DNA from: Nitrospinales bacterium
Lineage (GTDB): Bacteria; Nitrospinota; Nitrospinia; Nitrospinales; VA-1
Assembly (NCBI GenBank): GCA_965223795.1
Contig: CBDCXL010000002.1
Span: forward strand, 1,952,001 to 2,016,000
DNA: 64,000 nt
Direction: 5' to 3'
Made by a program: the position numbers and the translations under genes
Notes under the pieces: generated by a model
What the model was told of the DNA's origin: nothing
What the model saw: only the letters and a program-made list of their open reading frames with translations
The model's database searches: none
Part shown: in pieces, positions 25,991 to 37,519 of the stretch
How positions within the stretch are numbered: the stretch's first letter is position 1
Layout of the letters: every line of letters begins with the position of its first letter

Positions 25991-27090
25991 TCCATGAAGG
26001 GCAGCAGTTTTTCGTTGTCGATGGTGAGGATGAGGTAAAAGCCGATGGCGGTGAACAGCGCGATGGGACCCCAGGCGGCCATGAGGGGGCCGAAGGTGCC
26101 GCCGCGTCCGAGAGACACCGCCATGGCGTACACGAACGAGAACGCCAGCCCCATGGCGAGGTTGACGGCGACGGAAAACAGCACGCCGCCGTGGCGGCTG
26201 GACCTGAGCGAAAGCGGGATGCCGATGAGCGCCAGGACGATGCCGATGAACGGGTAGGAGAGCTTGTAATTGAGGTCCACCCATTTTTCCGACACGTCCA
26301 TGCCGTCGGCTTCGCGTGATTTGATCTCATCATACATGCTGCGGATGCTCATCTCCTCGGGGCGGATCTTGTAGGTCTTGAAGTCTTCCGGGGTCTCGGG
26401 AACCTTGAGATAGGTCTTTTCGAAATATTCGGTTTTTTCCAGCCCGGAAGCGTCGAAGCTGCGGATGGTGCCGTCCTGGAATTCCCAGCGGCCCTGGGTC
26501 CACACCGCCTGTTCGCAATCGACGCGCTTGTTGATCGACTGGTCTCCACTCGGAAAAAAAATGCGGATGCCGTGCAGCACGCCGTTTTTGTGGTCGAAGG
26601 TTTCGATGTTCCAGATGGCGCCGGTCTCGGATTTGTACCAGATTTTTTTCTTCTCGATCATGCCGTAGCTGTACCGCTTGTGCACCTTGACGTAATAAAT
26701 GTAGTTCATCTTCTTGCTGGTGACCGGCGCGATGTATTCGTTGCACAGAAGGATCAGGCAGGCGATGAGCACCGACATGCCGACGATGGGCATGGCGATG
26801 CCGGTCACGCTGATGCCGCAGGCTTTCATGGCGGTGATCTCCTGAGTCTTGGCCAACGAGGCGATGGCGATGACGGTGGCGATCAGCACCGCCTGCGGAG
26901 CCATGTAGAAGATCACGAAAGGGATCTTGAGTATGTAGTACCAGATGGTTTCGAGAAACGGCGTGTTTTTGCTGATGAACTCGTCGGCGCGTTCGAAAAA
27001 ATCGCCCATCAGAAAAATGCCCACCAGTCCGCCCGCGGCAAACAGGTAAAAATTCAGGAAGCGCATGAGGACGTATTTTTTAAGCAGCAT
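25987..27090 (-). CDS. lptG: LptF/LptG family LPS export permease (LptG-like)
   Basis: Three N-terminal TMs, EITAMKACGIS, periplasmic domain, three C-terminal TMs with AAWGP. Confidence 0.85.
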   Translation of the reverse strand: MLLKKYVLMRFLNFYLFAAGGLVGIFLMGDFFERADEFISKNTPFLETIWYYILKIPFVIFYMAPQAVLIATVIAIASLAKTQEITAMKACGISVTGIAMPIVGMSVLIACLILLCNEYIAPVTSKKMNYIYYVKVHKRYSYGMIEKKKIWYKSETGAIWNIETFDHKNGVLHGIRIFFPSGDQSINKRVDCEQAVWTQGRWEFQDGTIRSFDASGLEKTEYFEKTYLKVPETPEDFKTYKIRPEEMSIRSMYDEIKSREADGMDVSEKWVDLNYKLSYPFIGIVLALIGIPLSLRSSRHGGVLFSVAVNLAMGLAFSFVYAMAVSLGRGGTFGPLMAAWGPIALFTAIGFYLILTIDNEKLLPFME

Positions 27091-27102
27091 CGCGGAGCCG
27101 GT

Positions 27103-28197
27103 TCAGCGTCGGTTTTCCAGAGTGTGCGCGTCCTGCCACAGCACATGCTGCCGGAGCGCGCGGTGCAGCGCGTCGAGATCCTTGCGTTTGGACAGGGTCT
27201 CCTGCACGTACGCCAGGGTTCGCGGAATGTATTGCAGGTAGCGGTCGTTTCCGCGCACCACGCTCTGATAGGCGAAGGTGCCCACGGCCTTTAAGTTTCT
27301 CTGGATGGACATGAGGTCGAACATGTTTAAAAACGCATCCCGGTCGACGGACCGGTTTTCGAGTTTTTCTTTCGAGCGGATGTAAAGCTCGATCATCTCC
27401 CGGCGCAATTCCGGTTTGAGGGAAACGTAGGAATCCTTGAGCAGGGATGCGAGGTCGTATTGACAGGGGCCCATGCGGGCGTCCTGAAAATCGATCATCA
27501 CGAGGTTTCCGTCGTGCACCATGAGGTTGCGGCAATGGTAGTCGCGGTGCGTGAAGCACAACGGCTCGGCGGCCAGCGTTTCGCACAGGGGCAGCAGGGA
27601 TTCGCGCAACGCAGCGCGGCCTTCCTGGGAAAGCGACACGCCCCGCAGCCCGGACACAAAGTGCTCGATCATGAAGTCCAGCTCCCACATCAGTTTTTCC
27701 ACGTCGAAGCGCAAACCGAACGCCGGGCAGTCCGGCACGGCAGACTGCGTCGCGCGGTGGTGCAGATCCGCAAGCAGCGTCACCGCCTGCCGGTAATACG
27801 TTTCGGTTTTTTCCGGATGCCGCTTGAGCTCATCCTCCAGTGTGCGCGGGCCGAGGTCTTCGAGAAACACCAGGCCGCGTCCGGAGTCGTAATGGTAAAG
27901 ACGGGGAACGGGCAGTTTGAGGCCGCGCAAAAATTTCAGGACCGAAGTGAAATCGATGTCTCCGCCTGCAACCGGTTCGCTGAGCTGCATGAGTATCGCC
28001 GAATCCGGCGCGTCCTTTTCGGCGGGCACGCGGAAGCTGAGACGAAAATATTTCCGGTCCGAAGCGTCCCCCTGAAGCGGCAGAAAGGCCACGTCCTGCA
28101 CCGGCGGGCGGAACACGGTATTCAGAATTTCGGAAAGTGCTGCCGCGTCGAATCGGATTTGCGATAGCGGAGAATTCTTCTTTTGGGGCTGGGTCAT
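27103..28197 (-). CDS. amgK: AmgK-like anomeric MurNAc/GlcNAc kinase (APH family)
   Basis: GDASDRKYFR, HRDYHCRNLM, IDFQDARMGP.QYDLASLL and QRNLKA.G.F motifs. Confidence 0.82.
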   Translation of the reverse strand: MTQPQKKNSPLSQIRFDAAALSEILNTVFRPPVQDVAFLPLQGDASDRKYFRLSFRVPAEKDAPDSAILMQLSEPVAGGDIDFTSVLKFLRGLKLPVPRLYHYDSGRGLVFLEDLGPRTLEDELKRHPEKTETYYRQAVTLLADLHHRATQSAVPDCPAFGLRFDVEKLMWELDFMIEHFVSGLRGVSLSQEGRAALRESLLPLCETLAAEPLCFTHRDYHCRNLMVHDGNLVMIDFQDARMGPCQYDLASLLKDSYVSLKPELRREMIELYIRSKEKLENRSVDRDAFLNMFDLMSIQRNLKAVGTFAYQSVVRGNDRYLQYIPRTLAYVQETLSKRKDLDALHRALRQHVLWQDAHTLENRR

Positions 28198-28295
28198 GGC
28201 GGGCTCGGTGCGGGAAAAAATAAATCCATTTCCCTATTCTGCCATCTTACAGTAAACTTTTCCCTCTTTTTAAATATTCCCTTTGGAGGAGAAAC

Positions 28296-28622
28296 ATGCC
28301 GAAACCAAGTTACCATATCCTGGTTTGCACCAACAAGAGGCCGCCGGGGCATCCGCGCGGATCGTGCGGAGAGAACGGCGCCGACGGTGTCCTTGAAAAA
28401 TTCGCTTCCCAGATCGAGGAAAAAATGCTGTTCGGAAAAGTCATCATTTCCTCCTCTTCCTGTTTGGGGCCCTGCTCCATCGGACCCGTTGTGGTGGTGT
28501 ACCCGGATGGCGTCTGGTACAACCGGGTCAAACCGGATGACGTGGGAGAAATCCTCGACAGTCATATCGGCAAGGGAGAAAAAGTGGCGCGGCTGGAGAT
28601 CCCGGACGAACTCTGGGGGTGA
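28296..28622 (+). CDS. Thioredoxin-like [2Fe-2S] ferredoxin
   Basis: GGAGG RBS; VCTNKR..GSC...CLGPC..GP..VVYPDGVWY. Confidence 0.92.
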   Translation: MPKPSYHILVCTNKRPPGHPRGSCGENGADGVLEKFASQIEEKMLFGKVIISSSSCLGPCSIGPVVVVYPDGVWYNRVKPDDVGEILDSHIGKGEKVARLEIPDELWG

Positions 28623-28638
28623 GCGATTCCCGATTTCC

Positions 28639-28672
28639 AAGGCGCTTCCAGTCGGGAAGCGCCTTTTTTTTT
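28639..28672 (+). terminator. Intrinsic terminator after the ferredoxin gene
   Basis: AAGGCGCTTCC/GGAAGCGCCTT stem plus T-run. Confidence 0.85.
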
Positions 28673-28682
28673 GCCCGTTCGT

Positions 28683-29279
28683 TCAGGCCGATCCGTCGTC
28701 CGCCAGTCTCAGGATTTCATCCCAAAGCTCCTTCCTCCCGGTCTTGCTGCGGCTGGAAAAGAGGATGGGCCCGCCTTCATCATCTCCAAAAAACGCTTCC
28801 CGAATCGCTTCTTTCTGTTTTTTCCGCTCATTGGGCCGCACCTTGTCGGATTTCGTGGCTACCAGAATGTAGCGGATGCCCAGTGCGTCGAGCCATTCTT
28901 TCAGATTCAGATCGAGATCGGTGGGCGATCGCCTGAGGTCCACCAGGAACACCAGCGCTCTTAGGCTTTTCCGTTCGGTCAGGTACTGTTCGATCATCTT
29001 TTTCCAGCGGCGCTGCACCGCGGGCGGGACTTTGGCGAAGCCGTAGCCGGGCAGATCGGTGAAGATGAGACGTTCGTTGACGCAGAAAAAATTGATCTCC
29101 TGAGTTTTGCCGGGCGTGGCGCTGGTGCGCACCAGTTTCTTGCGGTTGAGCAGTGTGCGGATCAGCGACGATTTGCCGACGTTGGAGCGGCCGGCGAACG
29201 CAAACTCCGGCAGGGCCGCCGGGGGATACTGTTTGGCGCTGACCGCTCCGCGTATGAACTCGGCCGAGATGATTTTCAT
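28683..29279 (-). CDS. engB: Ribosome biogenesis GTPase YihA/YsxC/EngB
   Basis: GRSNVGKSS, TPGKT, DLPGYG and TKSDK motifs. Confidence 0.96.
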   Translation of the reverse strand: MKIISAEFIRGAVSAKQYPPAALPEFAFAGRSNVGKSSLIRTLLNRKKLVRTSATPGKTQEINFFCVNERLIFTDLPGYGFAKVPPAVQRRWKKMIEQYLTERKSLRALVFLVDLRRSPTDLDLNLKEWLDALGIRYILVATKSDKVRPNERKKQKEAIREAFFGDDEGGPILFSSRSKTGRKELWDEILRLADDGSA

Positions 29280-29318
29280 CGTGCGATGTTTCGCTTGTGA
29301 GATCGACTCGATCCGGGC

Positions 29319-30617
<1,299 letters not shown>

Positions 30618-30781
30618 AGCGTGTCTTTGCGAGCAAAAGGGTTTAGCAAACGGGCCCGCGGCGGGCGGACGGAATCAGGGGAGCGCAAACCGGAATACGC
30701 CGACCGTCGTGGTCACGCATCCTCAACGCGGGGCGGGGAGGCGTCCGGCTGGCTCGGTGGGGAGATTATAGCAGACTTTCG

Positions 30782-31252
30782 TCACAATGCTTCACAGGCG
30801 CACAATTCGCGGATGTAGCGGACCAGCGACCGGATCGTGCCGTCATCTAAGGTGTGGCCCCAGGCGGGCATGCAGGGCGCGCGGCCCACGGCGAGGCCGC
30901 CTTTCCGGATGGCGTCGTAAAGCTGCTGGTCGGTGCGGGTTTCCAGGTAGTCTTTTTTGGTGTGGTCGCGCGGCGGCACGGTGAGCAGGAGCGCGTTGAC
31001 GCCGTCGCCCTTTCCTTCAACGCCGTGGCATTGCGCGCAATACCAGCGGTACACCGCGCGCGTTTCGTCGGTGACGGCAGGAAGGGCCGCGGCCTTGGAG
31101 GCTTTAAGCGACTCCGCCGCCGGTTGCCTGAGCGGCGGTTTTTCGGCGGCATCCGGGCTCGTTTTGGGGGCTTCCTTGCAGGCTGTGAGGGACAGCAGGG
31201 CCCCAAGCAGCAGGCTGAAAAACGGCACCGGGATGGAGTCAGAAATTCGCAT
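30782..31252 (-). CDS. Monoheme cytochrome c lipoprotein
   Basis: Lipobox LTAC; CAQCH; MPAW distal ligand region. Confidence 0.9.
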   Translation of the reverse strand: MRISDSIPVPFFSLLLGALLSLTACKEAPKTSPDAAEKPPLRQPAAESLKASKAAALPAVTDETRAVYRWYCAQCHGVEGKGDGVNALLLTVPPRDHTKKDYLETRTDQQLYDAIRKGGLAVGRAPCMPAWGHTLDDGTIRSLVRYIRELCACEAL

Positions 31253-31255
31253 CGG

Positions 31256-31915
31256 TCATTCGTCCGCGAGCTTGAGCGAAGCGATATAGCGGGTCAGCGT
31301 GCGCGCCGTCGCGTCGTCCAGCTTGTATCGGGGCATGCGGCTTTTTTTGAGATACACATCCGGTGTTTGAAGCCATTTATATACCCATTCGGGCTTGAGA
31401 CGGTTGCCCGCATTGGCCAGCGAAGGACCGGACACGCCTCCGCGCGGCTTTCCGGCCAGGTTGATGCCCTCGTGGCAGGCGATGCAGCCGTGATTTCTTT
31501 CAAACAGGATCTTGGCCTTCACTCTTTGTCCCTTGCTCAAGGGCTCGCTTGTGATTTCGGGCGCGGGCTCTTTAGAAATTGTGAGAGACAGCAGAAACCG
31601 GCTCATCGCCTCGGCCTCTTCGGCGGACAGCGCCGGATGCGGTTTTGTAGTGGGCGCGCCTTTGAGGAATCCGGGATCGCCGCTGAAGCCGGCTTTGCGG
31701 ATGGGTACGGGCTTTGTCAGAAACCGCTCAAGCCAGTCCGGATGGAACTTTTCGCCGGCGTAAAAAAGATCCGGAGCCTTGCGGTTTTCGATCGGTTCCT
31801 GCGCGTCGATCCTGTGGCACTGGGTGCAGCCTTTTTGTTCGGCGATGTTCGTCCCGGCGTGGGCGGAAATAGACTGCAGCAGGAGCAAACCCAAGACATT
31901 ACTGATCAACCGCAT
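31256..31915 (-). CDS. Diheme cytochrome c
   Basis: Signal peptide; CTQCH and CIACH; duplicated APDL/GPSL...W domains. Confidence 0.9.
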   Translation of the reverse strand: MRLISNVLGLLLLQSISAHAGTNIAEQKGCTQCHRIDAQEPIENRKAPDLFYAGEKFHPDWLERFLTKPVPIRKAGFSGDPGFLKGAPTTKPHPALSAEEAEAMSRFLLSLTISKEPAPEITSEPLSKGQRVKAKILFERNHGCIACHEGINLAGKPRGGVSGPSLANAGNRLKPEWVYKWLQTPDVYLKKSRMPRYKLDDATARTLTRYIASLKLADE

Positions 31916-31924
31916 GCGCACCCC

Positions 31925-34900
31925 TCATTCCACCGTTGGATCGGGGATGGGCTCGAGGGGTTGGGATGCGGGCGGGCCCTCCTCAAACATGTCCTGGAAA
32001 AAATCGATGATGGATTTCCCTTCCTCCTCCAGGGACTGATCGGCGGGGGGTGTCGTTGGCGGCATCGGCTTGAGGGGAGGCGGTTCTTCGCTCATGTGGA
32101 AATCGTGGCTCGGCGCGGGTTCGGGCGGAGTTTGAAACGAGTCGAAACGCTGCACGGTCGGGGACGGGAGGGTCTCCTGAACGGGAGGCTCGGGTGTCTT
32201 GAACGGTGTGAAGCCTTCATAACGGCGGGCCGAGGGCAGGGCCGGGGCCTGCCGTTTCTGTGGCGGTTTTAAAAACTCATCCTGATCCAGATGATAGAAC
32301 ATATCCTCCACCGGCTGCGGCGAGCCGTATTGCGATTCGTTTTTTTTGTGAGCCGCGTCGTAGGGAAATTCGCTGCGCGTCAGCAGCCTGGGCAGCTGCA
32401 ACTGGCGCAGGTTGAAATAACGGAACACCCGGTAGCTGCTGCTTTTGCTTTGCAGCGCGGCCAGTTCTTTTTTGTTCAGAAACCGCGTGCTCTTGGGCGG
32501 CACCTCCGCCTGAATCGGGATTCCCGCTTCCGTGACCAGCTGCTTGAGCTGGAATTCCGGGGGGACGTGGTTGTCCGCTTTCAGTCCGGTGAGAAACTGT
32601 TTCGCATCGAAGATGGAACGCTTGTTCGGGTCGCCCAGTCCCAGCGCCAGCTGGCTCTCGTGGCAGCTTTCACAACTGCGCACTTTTTTGCGGATCGTGT
32701 GCGGGGCGTGCGGCAGCAGGACCATGCCCGGTTTGCCGTCGGCGGTGCGAAAGACCTTGGCCCTTTGCGACGGCGCGGCTTTCGGGGCGGACCGTTCGGT
32801 GAAGAAATACTGGTAGCGCGGTTTGAGAATCGAGTATTTGCCGCGGTGGTTTTTGCCGAGCAGCATCGTGCCCCAGCTGGATTCGGTGAGGACGTCCCAC
32901 AGCAGCCCGTCGATCCAGTCGCCTTCAACTTTTTCCGGCCGCGAACGGGCGGTGGTCCAGTCGAGCATGCGCGTGGATTCACCGGCCGCTTTATTGTTCG
33001 ACAGGATCTGCTTGAGCGTCGGATCGGTGAAGTTCCAGTCCTTCCAGCGGGCAAGATCGGGCGCCGTTTCTTCGATGAGGTGCAGGCCCCATTCGCTGGC
33101 GGACCAGCGGGCGTGGCAGGCGTGGCATTCCACGGACTTCATGTGCTGGGCGACCTGGTGCGCGGGAGGCGGCTTGATCTCCTTGAGGATCGGGATGGAA
33201 TGTTTTTTCCCGGTCACTTTGGAAAACAGCACCCACTGGTTTTTGTCGCGCTTGATGTGCGGCATTTTGACGCCCTGGGCGGTGACCAGGATGGAGTCGC
33301 CGGAACGCACTTTTTTCACCAGATTGGGATTGCGCTTCAGGCGCTCGAAGATGGGCTTGGCGCTGGGGTCGGACTTGAGCAGCAGGTATTCCTCCGGGCC
33401 CTTGCGGTGCGTGCCGTGGCAGTCCTCGCAGCGGGTCTGCACCCGTGAGTGCCGTTCGGCGTCGAGGGGCGCGCCCTTGATGTCCTCGGAACCGTGGCAG
33501 TCGATGCAGTGCATGCCGCGTTCGCGGTGGATGTCCGGCACCAGAAATTCGTGTTCGGCTCCGTAGAGTACGGGTTTTTCCGCGTCGATCTTGGCGCGCG
33601 CGGGTTTGGGCCTTGCGGGAATTTGAAACAGGCCTTCGTACTCGCTGCCCACGCCGTTGTTGTTGTGGCAGTGTTCGCACTGCACGCTGGGCACGGCCAG
33701 GGTGAACTTGTGGATCACCGGATAGCCGCGCGGCGATTCGAGGGCGCGCGCTGCTTTGTCGGTGCGGAAGCGGGAGCCCTGCTTTTTGGCGTTCTGACGC
33801 TGCTTGCTCTGAATGGTCGGGTCGCGTGTGAGGGACGTGCCGTCGTTGCTGTACACCATATGGCAGGCGGCGCAGCCGGTGGCGCGGTAATCTCCCGGCC
33901 GGTGCGGCGCGCTGCCCTGGATGTGGCAGCGCAGACACTTGGTCCTTAAAAACCGGTCCGCGGCGTGGCCTTTTTTCACCGAGGGCAAAGGTTTTTCCTT
34001 GCTTTTCGCATCGGGCAAAAGCGAATGGGTGGACTTGCCGTAAGGCTCGGCTCCCCACGCATAGCGGGTGGTGTTGATGATCCCCGCGGCGGTGGTCATC
34101 GGCGAGCGTTTCACCTTGTCGATCTGGTCGGCGTGGCATTTGCCGCAGAATTTCTGCGCGTGGTTGAGATCCGAGGGGTTGGACACCATTCCCTTGTGCG
34201 CGGATTTCATGGTTTTCGCACGCCGGTTGCCGGCATGGCATTTGGTGCAGCGGAAACGGTGGTTGGGGCTGATTTCCTCAATGCCGTCGTGGCAGCTGAG
34301 GCAGCCGGTGCCTTTTTCCAGATTGACGATGCGGCCGAACACATCTTCCATGGAAAAGTTGGAGTTGCGGTAGAAGTTTTCGATGAAATGAGTGGAATCG
34401 GCGTAGGAGTAAAAGCGCAGTCCGTCCACGGTCACACCCGGCTCCAGCACTTTGGGGGAGTTTTCCTGAAAGCCGCGCACCGGGAAGAACGGATCGCGAA
34501 AGTCCCCTGCGTCGAGAAAGGGAGTTTCCTCAAGCGGCGGCACGGTCACCATGCGCTTTTCATGCTGCGGCGGCGCAAGCGGGTCGGGCTGCGGCGCCGG
34601 GATGGGTGCGGGAAACGCCTGGGGAGGCGCCGGGACGGGCGCGGCGTAGGGTTCCTCTGTGATCGTGGATTCGGTGATGCCGCTTTCCTGCTTTTCAAAC
34701 GCCTCGGAGGGCAGGGGCCAGGGAAACGCCTCTTCGTTTTTAGCGGGCGTTTCCGGTTCGCTGGAAGTTTCCTGCCGACTGCCGGTGTCGCGCGGAACGC
34801 CGGAGGCGTCGAGCTCGTACGAATCTTTCCATTCGAACGTCTTTGTTTCCTGAGCCACGCCGCGCCCGAGGACCGCAAGGGCCAGCAGGGCGGCGGCAAG

Positions 34901-34933
34901 AACAAGCCATGCGAATTTTCGCGAAGGGGTCAT
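31925..34933 (-). CDS. Large multiheme cytochrome c (10 CxxCH) with Pro/Glu-rich termini
   Basis: Signal peptide; CLSCH, CTKCH, CGKCH, CLRCH, CAACH, CEHCH, CIDCH, CEDCH, CHACH, CESCH. Confidence 0.9.
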   Translation of the reverse strand: MTPSRKFAWLVLAAALLALAVLGRGVAQETKTFEWKDSYELDASGVPRDTGSRQETSSEPETPAKNEEAFPWPLPSEAFEKQESGITESTITEEPYAAPVPAPPQAFPAPIPAPQPDPLAPPQHEKRMVTVPPLEETPFLDAGDFRDPFFPVRGFQENSPKVLEPGVTVDGLRFYSYADSTHFIENFYRNSNFSMEDVFGRIVNLEKGTGCLSCHDGIEEISPNHRFRCTKCHAGNRRAKTMKSAHKGMVSNPSDLNHAQKFCGKCHADQIDKVKRSPMTTAAGIINTTRYAWGAEPYGKSTHSLLPDAKSKEKPLPSVKKGHAADRFLRTKCLRCHIQGSAPHRPGDYRATGCAACHMVYSNDGTSLTRDPTIQSKQRQNAKKQGSRFRTDKAARALESPRGYPVIHKFTLAVPSVQCEHCHNNNGVGSEYEGLFQIPARPKPARAKIDAEKPVLYGAEHEFLVPDIHRERGMHCIDCHGSEDIKGAPLDAERHSRVQTRCEDCHGTHRKGPEEYLLLKSDPSAKPIFERLKRNPNLVKKVRSGDSILVTAQGVKMPHIKRDKNQWVLFSKVTGKKHSIPILKEIKPPPAHQVAQHMKSVECHACHARWSASEWGLHLIEETAPDLARWKDWNFTDPTLKQILSNNKAAGESTRMLDWTTARSRPEKVEGDWIDGLLWDVLTESSWGTMLLGKNHRGKYSILKPRYQYFFTERSAPKAAPSQRAKVFRTADGKPGMVLLPHAPHTIRKKVRSCESCHESQLALGLGDPNKRSIFDAKQFLTGLKADNHVPPEFQLKQLVTEAGIPIQAEVPPKSTRFLNKKELAALQSKSSSYRVFRYFNLRQLQLPRLLTRSEFPYDAAHKKNESQYGSPQPVEDMFYHLDQDEFLKPPQKRQAPALPSARRYEGFTPFKTPEPPVQETLPSPTVQRFDSFQTPPEPAPSHDFHMSEEPPPLKPMPPTTPPADQSLEEEGKSIIDFFQDMFEEGPPASQPLEPIPDPTVE

Positions 34934-37089
34934 CGTTTGTTCAGGATTTTCTTGCGCAGTTTGCGGTGCGCCAGCTTGTTTTCGAACCGGTAACTTTTCT
35001 GAATGTCGCGGTAGATCTTATCGCTGTACGCATCGTGGCAGGGGATGCAGTTTCCCACCCTGAGGATGCGCGCGATCTCTTTCTGGTTGAACGGCCGCGC
35101 TCCGGGCTGGCTGCTGCCGGCCACGGGCTGACCGCGGACCGTCGTTTTCGTGTCGGGGGCGACGTCGGCAGTGCGCTTGACCTGGTTGGACCGGTTGACC
35201 GGCGCAAAGGCGTCGTTTTTCCCGGACGTGCTGCGGTGCAGCTCAAGGTCCCCGTCACCGAGTCCCAGCGCCTTGGGAGAAAGGTGGCAGCTGGCGCAGG
35301 AACGGACTTTTTCCCCGACCGAATGCGGATTGAGGGCGTAGACCCGGTTGGCTCCCGAATAACCGTGCGGGTTGGTGAACACCCATTCGCGGTAACGGCC
35401 CAGCGGCGTACCCTCCCGCGCGAGGGCGGAGACGGGATTGCCCCGCTCGTCGAGCACGGTGACGGCCCTTTGCGGTTGCGACAGCATGGGGGCGACTTTG
35501 CCGCGCGGTCCGATCATGAGCTGTGGCGGCTCCACTTCCAGAGAATAAGATGCGCTGCCCCAAAGCGCGGACGGAGCCTTGGAACCGGCCGGTGCGATTT
35601 CCGCCTGGTCGAGCGCGTTGTGGCATCCGGAACATTTGGGCACCCATTGCGAGTGACAGGCGGTGCATTCGAGTTTTTTAATGTGGGCCGGGATCACGTG
35701 CGCGTTTTTGCTTTTGTGCAGCGTCGGGGTTTTGAATTTTTTTCCGCTGATCTTCCCCAAAGTCCACAGCGTGCCTTTTTCCAGTTTCACGTTGGTCATT
35801 TTATTTTTGCGTGAAGTCAGGGCCATGCGGTCCTTGAGGGCGTTTCCCCAGGGGTAATGGCGGCTCAATCGGATGACGCGGTCTGACGGGTCGGTCACCT
35901 GCGCGAAGGCCGGCGGCGTGCCGCCGTCGCCGTGACAGGTTTCGCAACGGATTTCAACGGCCTGATATTGCTTGGAGTAGAGGTTGCCGTCGCCCATGAT
36001 ATCAAACTGGGTATGGCAGTCAATACAATCGAATCCTTTGGCGATGTGCACGTCTTCCTTGTGTTTGCCCGCGCCGGGAAACGAAAGCGACCGCAGTCCC
36101 GCATCGCCGTCCTTTTGCGGATTGGATTTTCCCGCGGCGGGGTCGAACGCGAGGTGACACTGGCTGCAGATGACGCTCGGCGTCGACGCGGTCATTGTGT
36201 GGAATCCCGGATGCCCCACTTCGTTTTTGGAGATCGTCGGGTCGGCGCCATGGTAGCGGCCGTCGGGGGCGTAGGTGAAATGGCAGGCGGCGCATCCCTG
36301 GGAGCGGAACGTTCCCGCTGCGGGCTTGGCGTCGAGGTGGCATTGAAAACATTTTTCCCTGAGCAGGTTGTCGGCGATGTGCCGCGACACCCGGTAGGAC
36401 CCCGGCGCCTTCGGAAGGTTTTTGGGGGAGAAAAACGGCAGCGCTTCAAGGGATGGCAGCGCGCCGCGCTTTTCGGGAACCTCGCCGTCAACGTCCTCAA
36501 CGGCGCGGACGCCGTATTTCGCCGTGCGGGTGCTCTGCGCCGCCCATTGGTAGCGCAGGCCGGAAATCACCCCCGCCAGTGTGGCCATGAGGGATTTGTT
36601 GACGCGCTCGATGTGATTGCGGTCGGGGTCGAGGTGGCCGGCGTGGCACTGCTGCTGGCCGCAGCTTTGCGCGGCCACGGACAGCGCCGACGGGTTGCGT
36701 TTTCCGGTGCCCGCATCCGGGTCATAGATCAAACTTGCGTGCGCCTGTTCTTGATCGACCGCCTGGCCGTCGCCTCCGTGACAGACGGTGCAGCCGAATT
36801 CCTTAGGGTGCGAGGCGCTCACCGTTTCGATGCCGTCGTGACAGGTGAGGCAGCGTTCGGTGTATTGGTTGCGGTAGCTGGAGATGCGGACGCCGGGATT
36901 GTCCTTCAAGGTGCCGGTGATTTCGAGTTCCTTGATGCCGAGCGGCTGGCTTGCGCGGGATTTGCTTTTTTTGGCCTGGCTGGCGTTGAACTGTTCCTGC
37001 CAGTATCGCCAGTCCTTTTCGGCGGCCTGGAGGGCGGCGGCTCCCAGGCAGATCAGGATCAATGACAAAATAATGCGGGGGTAGGACAC
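34930..37089 (-). CDS. Multiheme cytochrome c (11 CxxCH + 1 Cx4CH), paralog of the downstream gene
   Basis: Signal peptide; same heme-motif order as 31925..34933, with CGQQQCH at the third position; ATGA coupling. Confidence 0.9.
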   Translation of the reverse strand: MSYPRIILSLILICLGAAALQAAEKDWRYWQEQFNASQAKKSKSRASQPLGIKELEITGTLKDNPGVRISSYRNQYTERCLTCHDGIETVSASHPKEFGCTVCHGGDGQAVDQEQAHASLIYDPDAGTGKRNPSALSVAAQSCGQQQCHAGHLDPDRNHIERVNKSLMATLAGVISGLRYQWAAQSTRTAKYGVRAVEDVDGEVPEKRGALPSLEALPFFSPKNLPKAPGSYRVSRHIADNLLREKCFQCHLDAKPAAGTFRSQGCAACHFTYAPDGRYHGADPTISKNEVGHPGFHTMTASTPSVICSQCHLAFDPAAGKSNPQKDGDAGLRSLSFPGAGKHKEDVHIAKGFDCIDCHTQFDIMGDGNLYSKQYQAVEIRCETCHGDGGTPPAFAQVTDPSDRVIRLSRHYPWGNALKDRMALTSRKNKMTNVKLEKGTLWTLGKISGKKFKTPTLHKSKNAHVIPAHIKKLECTACHSQWVPKCSGCHNALDQAEIAPAGSKAPSALWGSASYSLEVEPPQLMIGPRGKVAPMLSQPQRAVTVLDERGNPVSALAREGTPLGRYREWVFTNPHGYSGANRVYALNPHSVGEKVRSCASCHLSPKALGLGDGDLELHRSTSGKNDAFAPVNRSNQVKRTADVAPDTKTTVRGQPVAGSSQPGARPFNQKEIARILRVGNCIPCHDAYSDKIYRDIQKSYRFENKLAHRKLRKKILNKR

Positions 37090-37157
37090 AAAAATCGTCT
37101 CTTGAGAGGGTGAAGGGCGCGTGCACCGGAGCCGGGTTCCACTTTTTTAAGGCGGAT

Positions 37158-37484
37158 TCATTTGTACACCACCTCCACCCGGTCGAGATAGTTCACCAGC
37201 TCGTTCACCGAAGTTTCAATCCGTTGCGACGCACGCTCCTTGGCGCTTTCCTCCAGGGTCATGCCGATGGCGCTGATGAAATCGAAGCCGTAGCCGGAGC
37301 CTGAGCCCTTCATGGTGTGCCCGGTTCGCTGTATGGTTTCGAAATCGCTCGATTTCAGCGCCTGTTGAATGGCTTCGACGTCTTTTCTCCGGTTGTTGAG
37401 ATAGCCCGGAATCAATTCCTCAAGATCGGGATCGATTTCAACCTGGATCCTGTCCTCATTCTGGCTTTGACCGCTGGTCGTCAT
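37158..37484 (-). CDS. Stand-alone Hpt phosphotransfer protein
   Basis: GHTMKGSGSGYGF motif. Confidence 0.9.
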   Translation of the reverse strand: MTTSGQSQNEDRIQVEIDPDLEELIPGYLNNRRKDVEAIQQALKSSDFETIQRTGHTMKGSGSGYGFDFISAIGMTLEESAKERASQRIETSVNELVNYLDRVEVVYK

Positions 37485-37519
37485 GGTTTACCCTGGATGA
37501 ACGTAACTCAAGACGCCCT

